The notes under the pieces were generated by a model. The model was given only the letters and a program-made list of their open reading frames with translations, was not told the origin of the DNA and did no database searches. From Paraglomus brasilianum (Eukaryota): 32,282 nt of DNA. A program made the position numbers and the translations under genes. Below, one piece after another: positions 1 through 11,100 of the stretch. How positions within the stretch are numbered: the stretch's first letter is position 1; every line of letters starts with the position of its first letter. Location of the stretch: positions 1 through 32,282 of the forward strand of contig CAJVPI010000379.1 of the NCBI GenBank assembly GCA_910592345.1, given 5' to 3'.

Positions 1-1296
1 GAAAATCATGCGCTTAGAAGGGATAAGCATGACTTGGAAAATGAGTTGACCGATTCAAAGAAGAACCTCGAAAAATGTAAAAAGGAGTACAAGGATAGGG
101 AGAAAAAAGCGAGTGCGAAAGCACGTACGGTCAACATGGAATTAGAGGAAACACGGAAGAAATGTATGGATCTAGAAAATGCCAACGCGCAATTACGCGA
201 AATACAAATGGCAGCAGAAAGGGCAGTAAAAGATGCAAACGCACAATTGCATGAAATGGGACAGACATGTCGTTCCCAAATAAAAAAATATCGCAGTGAA
301 GCTCTAAAATATCAAGCAGCTTTGGGCAATATTTCCTACGCAGAACTCAGCGACGAGGATCCAAATAATTGCACGAGATACGAAACTGATATGAAACGAT
401 TTCGGCACCATATCCTGCAATTGACCATGCCGACCAAGATTGAGGCTGCCAACCCAAAGTTTTACCACCTCGAATGCCAAAATTTTATACCTGATTATAA
501 AATTGAAACTATGCAATACCTGTTGGTCAGAATGGCAATTCACGGAATCTTGAGATCATGGGATAGTGAGATGGAAAAATACCAAAACTTTATAATGCAG
601 ATAGCGAATAGGCAGCGCCCCTGGGAAGCTCCGGGTAACAAAGTAAGCTTGTTTAATGCTGTAATGGGGAGTTGCAATTTATCTAACCGTACGTTATTTT
701 CCTTTTAAAAATCAGGAACTTGAATTTCTGGCATTGGTAGCATGTACGAACCTGACCAAGAAATTCATCGGTCTTTTTCTGAGCTGGGCCGGCGATAAAC
801 GTTCGGAAGATTTAATAATACCCACCAAAGTCTCGCAATTAATGTTTCCTTTGCTGTCTAGATCCTTTCTCAACGACAAATTTGGATTAATTGAAAGGAT
901 TGCAAGCCAGTTTACGTCATATATAGGAAATTATATTTCAATTGACGATCGAAAAACGTTTCGAGTCGAATCCAAAAAAGTCATAGTCGAGTGCATAGAT
1001 CTGCTACGGATACGTCCTGCACTGTACTACCCTCAACCAACGTTGAAATGGTTCGAGCAGGGGTATGCGCTTGAAAATGATGACTATTTCGAGTATATTC
1101 GTAAACGAGGAAAAGACAAACAATTGGTAATGTATCCTATAATCGCCACCAAATGAAGGGGAAGTGAGCGTGTTATAATTAATTGAATAAAAAATCTTCA
1201 TTTAATATTAATTAGGTTAACACTTGCCCTTTTCCGTTGGTATGGTCAGAAAATCCGCTACGAATATATTCCAAAGCATCGGTGAGTGTCAGTTGA
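1..1296 (+). CDS. 5'-partial coiled-coil protein with putative GrpE-like C-terminal beta domain; exons <1-642, 716-1126, 1216-1296
   Basis: The frame is open from base 1 (ENHALRRDKHDLENELTDSKK...) with a heptad-like E/K-rich N-terminus. Intron 643-715 (GTAAGC...CTAAC...ATCAG, phase 0) joins ORF 34-708 in frame to ORF 734-1156. Intron 1127-1215 (GTAATG...ATTAG, phase 0) adds a last exon VNTCPFPLVWSENPLRIYSKASVSVS* (TGA 1294-1296). The GrpE-like call is inferred from the architecture and terminal motif. Confidence 0.8.
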
Positions 1297-1855
1297 CAAT
1301 TTTAATAACGATGGTTTACTATTACTTTTTACTGATACCAAGTATACCTACCGGTAATAAATGTGTCAGGCATCTGTAGTTACAGCCACAGAGTTTGAGG
1401 AAATGCGTAAACGGAGGGAGAATGGTAAATAAATTTGACTCGGAATCTTACAGAAATAAACATTATGTGCTAACCAACTCTGATGTATCACTTTTTCTCT
1501 CTCAGTCGATGGTTCAGGCTGCAATCTGTGCTAATCCTTTTTTCTTTAAAGCCATCGTTGGGGATAGGTCATATAGTTGTAACTGTTTATTGTGTGTTTA
1601 CTTGTTCCCACCCACCCAGTGGGCGCATTTTTTAAATAAAATCTGTTTGGTCATTATCATATCCAATGGGATAAACGTTTGTCGTGGGAAAAGAACAAAT
1701 CGTCATCAATCTCACAATACTACGACTGTCTTGCATTGTTTCCCAACGTGTTCTAATTTCGTTTTTTGTTATTTATTTTAGTGTACAAAAAATTCCGTCG
1801 GTATTTATATATTATAATTTTACACGATTGTCTTTCGTCTCAAAAAAAAAAAAAA

Positions 1856-4259
1856 ATGCTCGATTTCAGTGACATACGAGTTGTCCTTGCCGTTGGTCAG
1901 AAAGAAGCATAAAGTTATTTATTATTTGTAAATTGGGAGAACCAACTTGATTTCTTTTTTATTTTATTTTTCTAAAGATTTCGGAACGACATTTTCCGGA
2001 TTTGCGCTCAGACATCTTTTCGAAGATGAAGGAACTGTGGAAATTTTTGCTAATTGGTAATTGTACAAAAATATCCAGCAGCTTTTATTTTTTTTTGGTA
2101 AAATAACGACGAACAAACATCATCTCGTCCGTCAAGGCCCAAGTCAACGAGGGCCACAGTTACATCTCCAAAAGTGCCAACAGTGCTCCTCTATGACAAA
2201 GATTTGAATGTCAGCCAATGGGGCTATGCTGCAACATTACTTGACGAGTCATATGATGATGGTGATGATGATGAAGAAGATGAAAAGAATGAAGCACTAT
2301 TTGCAGAACAGTTCAAACTTTATCTCTCTGATGACGAAGATATAAACAAACCATTGCTTCCTAATGGCGTGGATCACACCAAAGCAATCAATGACTATCT
2401 AAGAGAGTTGAAAAAGGTAAAATTTTGTCATGTTATGCATTACCAATTATGGTAAACGGCCTAACTTCCAAATGCTTCTTAGATTATCGGTGAGAGAGTC
2501 GCCAAAAAATGGAGAGGTAAGTAAGAATTTGTCAAAATATTATATTTCCTTGTTCTGACAAGATTCGAAACATCCGCACAAGGATCTGTCAAGTTTCCCG
2601 AACAAGTGCGTGTCGTCATGACAGTACCAGTGGAATGGTCGGATGAAGCCATTACTGCAATGCGTAATGGCGCCCTAGCAGCGGGCATCGTTACGCAAGA
2701 GTGTTTAGCTAATTTGGAATTTATAAACGAACGTAAGTTCTTGCGCAGAAAGGTATTTGAACATACAAATGCGATTACATAATTTGTCAAAAACTATTCT
2801 AGCCGAGGCGGCTGCACTTTATTGTTTCGGCAGCTGTGCTGAATACAAACTCGAGTCGGGAGGTACGATCTTTGATAATTTAGAGCTGTGGTTTTTCTCT
2901 ATTTTTAAACGATAACCAATTTTTGAATGTTATCAGACGCCTTCATGACTGTTGACTGCGGTGGAGGCACAGTCGACTTGACAACACGATATTTAATTGA
3001 AGATGGTGCACTCGGCGAAGAGACGGAAAGCACGTGCGAGGCCTGCGGGAGCACGTTTGTCGATAAGGAATTTCTCAAATTTATTGGGCAACGTCTGGGA
3101 ATAAATAAAAAACAAATGAATAAGTTACGTAGGGATAACTGCGTTGCTTTTCAACAATTGGCGGATACATTCATTTTACCAATTAAGACTGACTTCACCG
3201 GGGAAGAAGCAGATTTTCGTCGGGAACGTCGTCTACACCTTGATTGTCCTAAATATACCGTGTTTGTGGAGAATACGAATTCCGAGAAAAGGCCAATACT
3301 GGAAAAAGCGGGTTGGATAATCAGCATCAAATTTCACGACGTGAAGAAAATGTTTGATACAGTGGTCGACAAGATACTACGTTTAATAAAGTAAGTTTGA
3401 CTTTGAAATGAGCATGCAGATGAGACGTGTCATTATATATTCTAAACTTGTCTATCGCAGTGATCAGCTGAACAACTCCGGACGCAGTTGTTCGGCGTTA
3501 TTTTTAGTAGGCGGGTTCAGGTAGGGAATCTATCAATTGAGGGGTAGTCCAGTATAAATTGAAATTCAATTGACCGAATGCTTCAATGAAAAACGTACGA
3601 TATAGCGAATCCGTTTACCTTCAAAAAAAGATAAAAGAAAAATTCACCAAGGACGTCAAACAAATTGTCGTTCCGCGAAATCCCATCTGCGCGGTTATGC
3701 GAGGCGCCTTGCAATACGGTTAGTATACCATTTCCCGGTTTAGTGTCACCAGAATATTTGTACTCAAGCAGGTTCCACTCCACTCGAAGGACTCGATGTC
3801 GAAGACGATCCTGCAAAAGCTAATTACAAATGTAATAAAACCATAAAGACACGTAAACTGAGGTACACCTACGGTACCGAAATCTTGAACCCAATTTTAT
3901 TTGCATGTGGTATCCCCGGTTTCTCGAGACTAGCCAAACGCGGTGACGAGGTTACCGTAGGGTCAACCTTCAAGGAAATATATTACCCAGTGTCGAGACG
4001 GCAAAAGCAAATGAGCATGAATGTGTACTACACGCGAAGATATAATGTCCTAAGTCCATTTGAAGAGGACGTATCCTTGCTGCACGAATGGAAAACCGAA
4101 GTACCAAAGGTTGAAGATGACGAAGACGTTCCCGGAACAGAAATGTCGTTGAATTTTGGTCAACGAGAAGTTAACATCAAAGCCCACCACTTTTTGACTG
4201 GGGAAAAGTGTACCACTAGCAAACTACCGAAAAGAGATTTTGCTAAAACCGAATTATAA
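1856..4259 (+). CDS. HSPA12-type (atypical) Hsp70-family ATPase, ~585 aa; exons 1856-1895, 1978-2056, 2137-2416, 2483-2516, 2583-2732, 2803-2862, 2937-3390, 3461-3520, 3606-3718, 3772-4259
   Basis: Nine GT-AG introns splice to a 1758-nt stop-free CDS. It carries the actin-like ATPase/Hsp70 motifs VVLAVDFGTTFSGFA, WP..KVPTVLLYD, FKLYL, VMTVPVEWS, INEPEAAALYC, TVDCGGGTVDL, CGSTFVDKEF, LFLVGGFSES, AVMRGALQYG and IKTRKLRYTYG. There is no helical lid and no EEVD, as expected for HSPA12-like proteins. Confidence 0.92.
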
Positions 4260-4729
4260 TTTTGTAATTCCGGACGATAAACTTCCGAGGAAGCTAGTAA
4301 TGAACATGACCTAATTGTTGCCTTTGTTCTTTCTTTGGATAAGCGGTTTAACACATTTTCTTTTAAGTTTAGATTTTTGTTCGTCTCTTTATTTGTTGAG
4401 AATTGCTTTTGTATCAATTGTCAACAAATTCAAGAGTTTTAATGTCTTCCAACTTTGTTGATTTCTGTAATTATTATTCATTAAGTATTTGTTTAGTGCG
4501 CTATGATAATAAAAAGTTTATCATTTTAAATGAGATTTGTTATGAATACCCGTGATAATCAATATTAAAACGTTGAAACAGTTAATAGCGACTTTAGTAA
4601 TGAATAAAATGCGTAGCAACATTGTAGGGTCACGTGAAAATTCTATCGTTGAAAGGATATTCATTCATTTACCTATTCATTGTCACGTTTTAGTAATAAT
4701 TGACTTGATGATACAATATATTTGTAAGT

Positions 4730-5875
4730 TTAATATCGACGTCTTCTCAACAAAGCTATAATAATAGCCAATACCAATAGTAAATAAATCCAGTATCCAA
4801 TAAGGCTAAAAATAAGCATACTCCCGCACGATACCAGGAAAAAATATCCTTTGTCCGTATGACGTTGTCTTGCATGTTTTCGCGTCACAAGTAATTCAAG
4901 CCTTTTGGCTTTTGTTGGCGGCTGTTGTCTATTTCTTGGTGGCAATGGTTGAACACCTGGCGTGATTTTTTTTTCTATATGGTAGTGCAGTAAATCATGC
5001 CACAGCTTTTTTGGTAGCAAGTCTTCATATGGAATAATTTTTTTACTAAATCCCCCAGAGGAAATGTTAAAAAACCGTATACAAGGTATAAAATCAGCTA
5101 TAGCGGTCTTGATCGTGTTAGTATCTCGGTCAGACCAATCTACTGGATTGTCCGAAAGACCAGGAAATTGCTTAATAACCCATTGTAAAACCAACATCCA
5201 AACATCCTCTTCGTCCATATTAAGCTCATCATTCTCGATAATAGCAAGTAGGATGTTTTTTCGCAACATACTGATATCGTCAGATTTTAAGATTATTTCT
5301 GGGAACGACAACACGGTTTGACCGCAATAATCAAAAAGTCCTCGTACTGATTCCATTGATGAAGCAAACTCATAAACTGAGAGAATATTCCTTCGTAACC
5401 ATCCTTCTTGTTCGTTGATCAAATAATATTCGATCGCTGGAGTCAAAGTATACATCTGAAGCGTGTTGGCTCCTTTTAAAAGACCAATCCAATCTATATC
5501 ACGCAAGTCGCTATACACTTTTCCGGTATAAATATACCTACGAGATCATATATAAAACAAATAAACCACTGTATAATTGCTTGTTTAATATCCTATAGTC
5601 GAAAAGTCTCACCTAAGCAAAATTTCAAACACATCGGGTTCTATGTCTTCGACCATTACAACTGATCGTGGGACTTCATCAGCAATCTCGGTTAATTCAT
5701 GCTCAAAGTACGAACTTCTTGCACATAATATCGACGCGTGAGCAAGAAATATTTTGCTGTTTGGATCTTTTCCAACATGAATTGAAGTATCTGTATAGTT
5801 GCCATTTTCATAAAGTTTCGTGTAGTCTGATGAAAGATCCAAAGACAAATCAGCTATGCTCCGTGCGTTGCTCAT
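4730..5875 (-). CDS. BTB/POZ-BACK domain protein with C-terminal hydrophobic segment, ~356 aa; exons 5875-5613 and 5537-4730
   Basis: Exon 1 has the BTB motifs YTDTSIHVG..FLAHASILCARSSYF..DIEPDVFEILL. Intron 5612-5538 (GTGAGA...TAG on the minus strand) restores FEILLRYIYTGKV. The BACK-like segments DELNMDEEDVWMLVLQW and IPCIRFFNISS follow. The protein ends in ~33 hydrophobic residues plus RRRRY. Confidence 0.88.
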
Positions 5876-6298
5876 TGAAGAAGCGACAAGTTTGGGTCAG
5901 AGGCTTCGTTCTGCTGTTACTCACGCTAATATGCGGATTGATTACTTTATGTCGTCATTATCACCTCATTTTTCGTTTGACCCGTCTCCGATTTTGTCTT
6001 TGAAAAATAGGTGACAAAAGGAAAGACTAGTTATATTGTTTAGTTATATTGTTAAGAATTGGAATTATGAGGATGTCATTCAAGATGTTTAAAATATGAA
6101 TTACATTACGTCGCGTGACATTCAATTAATCACGTTATTCCGCCAACTTGACACGCAGAGCCTCACCATTTCCATTATAGAAGGGTCTTTTGCCTTCTGA
6201 GTCTTCCTCTATCGGTATGGCGTAACGCTATCCTTCGTTTGGCGAGTGTTCCACAGAAAGACAGACGTTCAACTGTGTATAATCTACCGTTTTGTCAA

Positions 6299-7114
6299 GT
6301 GAGTTTTGTGTGATAACCCACGGTCTATCTGCTTCCTTAGCGAGGGTGTACTGCTCAACTGAATGTTACAAACCACACACCGCGCTTATATTCAGCAATC
6401 AGCCTCTTCCCCCCTTCTTAACCGAATACTCGGCAAATAAGTTCGGATTCGCATACCACTCCAAATACATTTTACTGAGGTATATATATTAATATATATA
6501 ACTCAACAAATTCTTTCGGACTCTGATATATGCCGACTTACGGCAGGTTGGGCATTGCTATCAGATTCAGATATTCAAGAAACGATAACTATTAACAACT
6601 TACTCTATTTTTTTGACCTTCAATGTGTAGAGAAGCATCCCACTAATGATCGCGCTCATAGCAATTCTAAAGTGTAGATATAACCATCTGGTCGATATCG
6701 TATCGTACAAGAGCTATACGCGCGGATGTGAATTTTCTATTCAGTTAAAGAACGTATTTATGTAGGAGAGCATGCGTATGTATGCAAATTTCATTGTACG
6801 TTGAAAAGATTTGACTGAATGTGTATGTGGTGGTGATTGCTATCGTTCTATTATCAATGCTTTATGTTCATTTTAGGAACCCGAGATGCGTTATCAATGG
6901 AAGAAGAGAAGCGCGATCTTCGTCAATGGTATGATAGCAACAATGCTGTCAATTTCTCCCGGGTGCTTTGAGAGCACGACGGATATATATAGAATGAACG
7001 GTGGATGGTAAACAGTTGGGATCACGTCATGTAACTGAAAAGTCAATGCAAATGGAGATATTCACCGCATTAACTCACGGTGAATGCGAAAAACGCTATC
7101 GCCGACACGTAAGT
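6299..7114 (+). pseudogene. Probable decayed multi-exon gene of unknown family
   Basis: Serial intron-like units: GTGAGT 6299...CCTTAG 6340; GTATAT 6480...GGCAG 6546; GTATGT 6776...TTTTAG 6876; GTAAGT 7109. They flank protein-like frames broken by stops (EEEKRDLRQWYDSNNAVNFSRVL*EH; DGKQLGSRHVTEKSMQMEIFTALTHGECEKRYRRH). No family recognised. Confidence 0.3.
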
Positions 7115-7978
7115 TTACTACCATGCTGCTGACGTTATTGGAATCTGCGTGTACGGTATAAGTCAATGGATTCTGTCATCTTTGTTACTCGCATCACTAT
7201 TTTCTAATATAATGCTACTTGTATATTGTAGTTTGAATGCGATAACACCCGAGTTAGATCAAGTGACGAGGTTCCGTCTTCTCACCATTCCTCTTAGCGT
7301 GTTGTTGTTTAATATTACCTTCCGCGGACACTGTAGAGTTAGATACAATTGCAACGTATGCAATCTGTGATTCTGAAACTAGCAGACAAGGAATTCTCGG
7401 GTACAGTACACATTGCCGATTATATATGAAGAACTCTAATTATGCTGTGTTCAGCCTAATCTAGTCAAATAACGAAACCAAGTCGCAAGAGTTTTCCCCA
7501 GAGGCCTTCACACTTTGATAGCGCTCTGCAAACGGAAATATATCGGCAACGTACCTGAAAGAGAATACCTTTTTGCCACGGTCCTTAAAATAAACGCAAC
7601 TATTTTCACCATCACTACCGTTAACGAGGCGGCTTCTTACTTAAGAATGTTTATAATAAGATTCGAAATCTCTTGTCATGTTACATAATATTTGTTCAGA
7701 ACTTCTCCCTGTTGCGCTGTTAATCGGTATCAGAGTTTCCATGTTCTGTTTCGATAAAACACGCTGGTTGTTAGCATGGTTTTAATTAAGCAAAGGTCGG
7801 GTATTAATGTTATAAAAGTTTGGCTTGCTGCAAGAATTTCTACTATAGCCTTGATAATATGTGAAAGTTGGCCATTTGCAGATACTGTAAAGTTCCTCCT
7901 CCGAGATAATCATAGTAACGGCACCCTTTATATATAAGTTTCCGAGCATCGTCTTTATTGTAAAGATGGCAGGGGAGA

Positions 7979-8172
7979 GAAATTGCCTTAAATGAATATA
8001 ACAATGCTATAAACACGAACACCTGATGGAAATTGCACCAGTCAAACTTGAATATGCCAATGCTAAGAAGCGTTTGTAAACATCAAATACCTGATGGAAA
8101 TTGCCTTAAAATAAAAACCAGTCAAGCTTGAATACAACAATGCCAAAGACGTTTATAAACATGAATACCTGA
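7979..8172. repeat. Degenerate tandem repeat, 3 units (~50, 68, 76 bp)
   Basis: GAAATTGC starts at 7979, 8029 and 8097. The units share (ACCAGTCAARCT)TGAATA..CAATGC..TAAACA..AA(T/C)ACCTGA and differ by block deletions. Confidence 0.75.
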
Positions 8173-11100
8173 AAATGACGGTTAAGTCGTTAATATTTGC
8201 ATCTTTTCTATGGACTATCTGGATCTCATATACATCATGTACTTTTGGTTCCTCCTCTCCCCCACCTCTATATCTGATATCTTCATCTCCTTTTATCATT
8301 TTACTACATCATAAATCTCTCTTTCCTTCCCACCCTGGCCATCCATCAAATATCATTAACAACGAAATTATATTCTCTCCCCCCCCCTCCTCCCAACATA
8401 TATATTAATATTACCAACTAATTTCCTGGCTTTAGTAGATAGCCTTGCATCTTCACGTACTACTGTCTAAACGCAGCCTTAGCAGTTTTCTGTCACAGAT
8501 GTAAAAACGGATCATCTTATTATTCCAATTCTGATCGATAACACATCTTCTCCGATATAGCAGCACATTGGCATATTTTTTGGATCGAAAAGAATTTCAT
8601 CTTACTACCGGAAGAGTTTAACACAATGGTCATGTTTTTCTATCGCGACTGCTGAGAAGGAATTGATTAAAATTGTGATTTATGATTAGAGTCGATTGAA
8701 TCTGGAAAGATCGCACAGACAGAGAATAAAAGTGATCAGTTTGAATAAGAACCAAACGAAATGTTGGATGGCAATACCATACATATGCTAGGATTGCTTC
8801 TAGTGGATTGTCATCACTTTATGCGTATACATCGATATAGCGCTTTTACACGCGTTACAGAAATATAAAATGCTATACGTACATATCTAGTCCGATACTA
8901 ATTAATCAAGTTGCAAACCCGCAGAATAACAGTTACTTGGAGCCCGTCTCTGTTCTTCTCGGTTCCAAGCTTGCTCACGTGACATATCTGGAATATATTA
9001 ACCAGGGTCATTCAGGATCACATACCAATCGGATGACCAATTTCGCCCAATCAGTTTCTAATTCAATAAGGAAAACAAACAAAGGCCTGGCGTAATTTAT
9101 TTTATCACATACCATTTAAAAATAAAAAACCTAGTTCGGTGGGGACGAATCACCAAGTAAACATCCAAGAAAGGGAAAGATCATACGGTTAATTCCTTAA
9201 AGGTCGACCTGCAGCCGCAGATAAAAAAATTTTTTAATATCTTGACTGTGTATCAAATAGTATCATAGTGTATTAATAGGGTCCTTAATCAACCCTGTTT
9301 CATGTGAAAAATTTAGCCCTTAGGCAATTCTCTAACGCTTAGTAATTGTACTCGCATTCTTCGCCGGCACATAATTTTTCCTGATGGCACATTTCATACA
9401 TTCCTTACACTAAACTAACCCTATTGAAGAGTTGCATCACAAAAACGCAATGTAACAGAAGCTTTACAATACGAGAAATCGGTTTGCCCGAAAACTCGCA
9501 TATTTCTCGTGATAAGTGTGCGAGGCGTTATTGAACGTCACAGCAGATTGATAAGGATTATTAATCTCTTATATTTCGGTAAGCATAGAACTGCAGCATA
9601 CATTGCTTGAAAAAAAGTTTTTTTATTTGATAAAGTCCGCAATATAGTAATTTCACCAAGGTTCGAGATACTAAATGACGACTCTGTACATGTTGTGAAG
9701 ACTCTGGTTGGCCGATGATGTGGCTTAAACATACTCTGGCCACAGTCGAAGAATCTAACTAACTTTTCCGTTAGATGATATCTTTAATCAAAGATTTAGC
9801 CAAATCGGTAACACAACTATTAAAAGTATTAAATATCACCCTTTGAGCGAATCAAATTAATAGTTATGTGATATTGGACCATTTTTCCTGATATTGTATC
9901 ATAATTACTTTATTTTTACGGCTTGGGTTTGACAATTATCATCTGATCATCGTAGATCCCATTAAACTGAATGTATCCTCGCGAGCAAGGTGATTTTGAT
10001 TATCAGGTCATTTCCATGAAATGAATGTTATTGCGTATCATTCGAAAACGAGCATTATTGGTCAATGCGATAAAAGTCATGCGTAATGTTGATTTCGTGG
10101 TTTGTTACTATATTTTCTTTTCAAGATAATCTTTGTCAGTTATTGCGGTGCTTCCGTCTCGTATTGCGAGCGTCCTCAACAGTGCGCAAAGCACAAGTGA
10201 TATCCGAAGAAAGCTTGACTAAACAATAACCAAGTCTATTGAGAAGTTGATGTACATTGTTTGTTCTATCAAGATAAGAATTAGAGATAATGCTTTAATT
10301 AATGATTAATATTATAAAAACTTTATTTTTTGCGTACATTTGACAGTCAAAAACGTAATTGATTTTACCCCTTTTACGCATTTTAATTTTCAATACGCTA
10401 ACTAAGTACAATATATTAAGGTAACAGTCAATTTCGGTATATTTATAATGGTTACGGGTAGATAACTTTTCTATCCGTAGTTCAGCATCAAACATTAAAA
10501 GTTTCATTAAAAATTAAAAGGCGATTCTACTTTGACTTTTCTCAACATAATTGATTTTGTAATTAACATTAATAAGCAATGCTTGGATACTACAAACAGA
10601 ATGCTCTATTAATTATGGGCCCTTGCTTGCCTTTGCGACTAATAAAACTTGATTGTTTTTATCATGACGCGTACACGTGGTTATAGTAATCCAAAGGGGT
10701 TGTCTCGTAATAGTTGTATGTTAGAGTAATTATATAATGGATTAGTGAACCAATCGTTTTGTTACAATTCTGAAAAGTATGACGCAGTTTTTTGTTCCAT
10801 ACTGCTGTACAACTCAACTATCCTTTATTTGTGCATGCAATGAATTTTTTGCAATCGTATCTCACGCAATTGAATATTGCCCGAGATAAAATTCATGAGT
10901 GGACTGGATTCAAGATTACGTCACGTTTAAAATAGTTTCTAAACAATAATTTAGCGTAGAACATGATTTATTTATTAATTATTTTGGACGCGCGATTATC
11001 AATTTTGGAGAACAGCAAGAATTAACTGTGTAAACTTTCTGATACTGATAAATGTACTGATAGTAAATAATGTAAATAAGAACTTTTTATTTAGAATGGC

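Noticed and set aside
1154..1186. Premature stop or readthrough in gene 1 (…IATK*RGSERVIIN*)
   Set aside because: The intron 1127-1215 explains it more simply and yields a better C-terminus.
1395..1872. ORFs of 128 and 62 aa between gene 1 and the Hsp70
   Set aside because: Non-ATG starts, no motifs, and they lie in the presumed UTR/promoter interval.
6292..6492. YCSTECYKPH as a MYND zinc finger
   Set aside because: The other Cys pairs needed for a MYND finger are absent, and the ORF overlaps an intron-like segment.
7979..8172. CRISPR-like array
   Set aside because: The context is eukaryotic, whole units are repeated without unique spacers, and there are no cas genes.
8440..8633. Minus-strand frame faintly like an HMG box (AISEKMCYRSELE**DDPFLHL*QKTAKAAF)
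   Set aside because: It has multiple stops and lacks the conserved HMG residues (PRP.N.F, W); the similarity is too weak.
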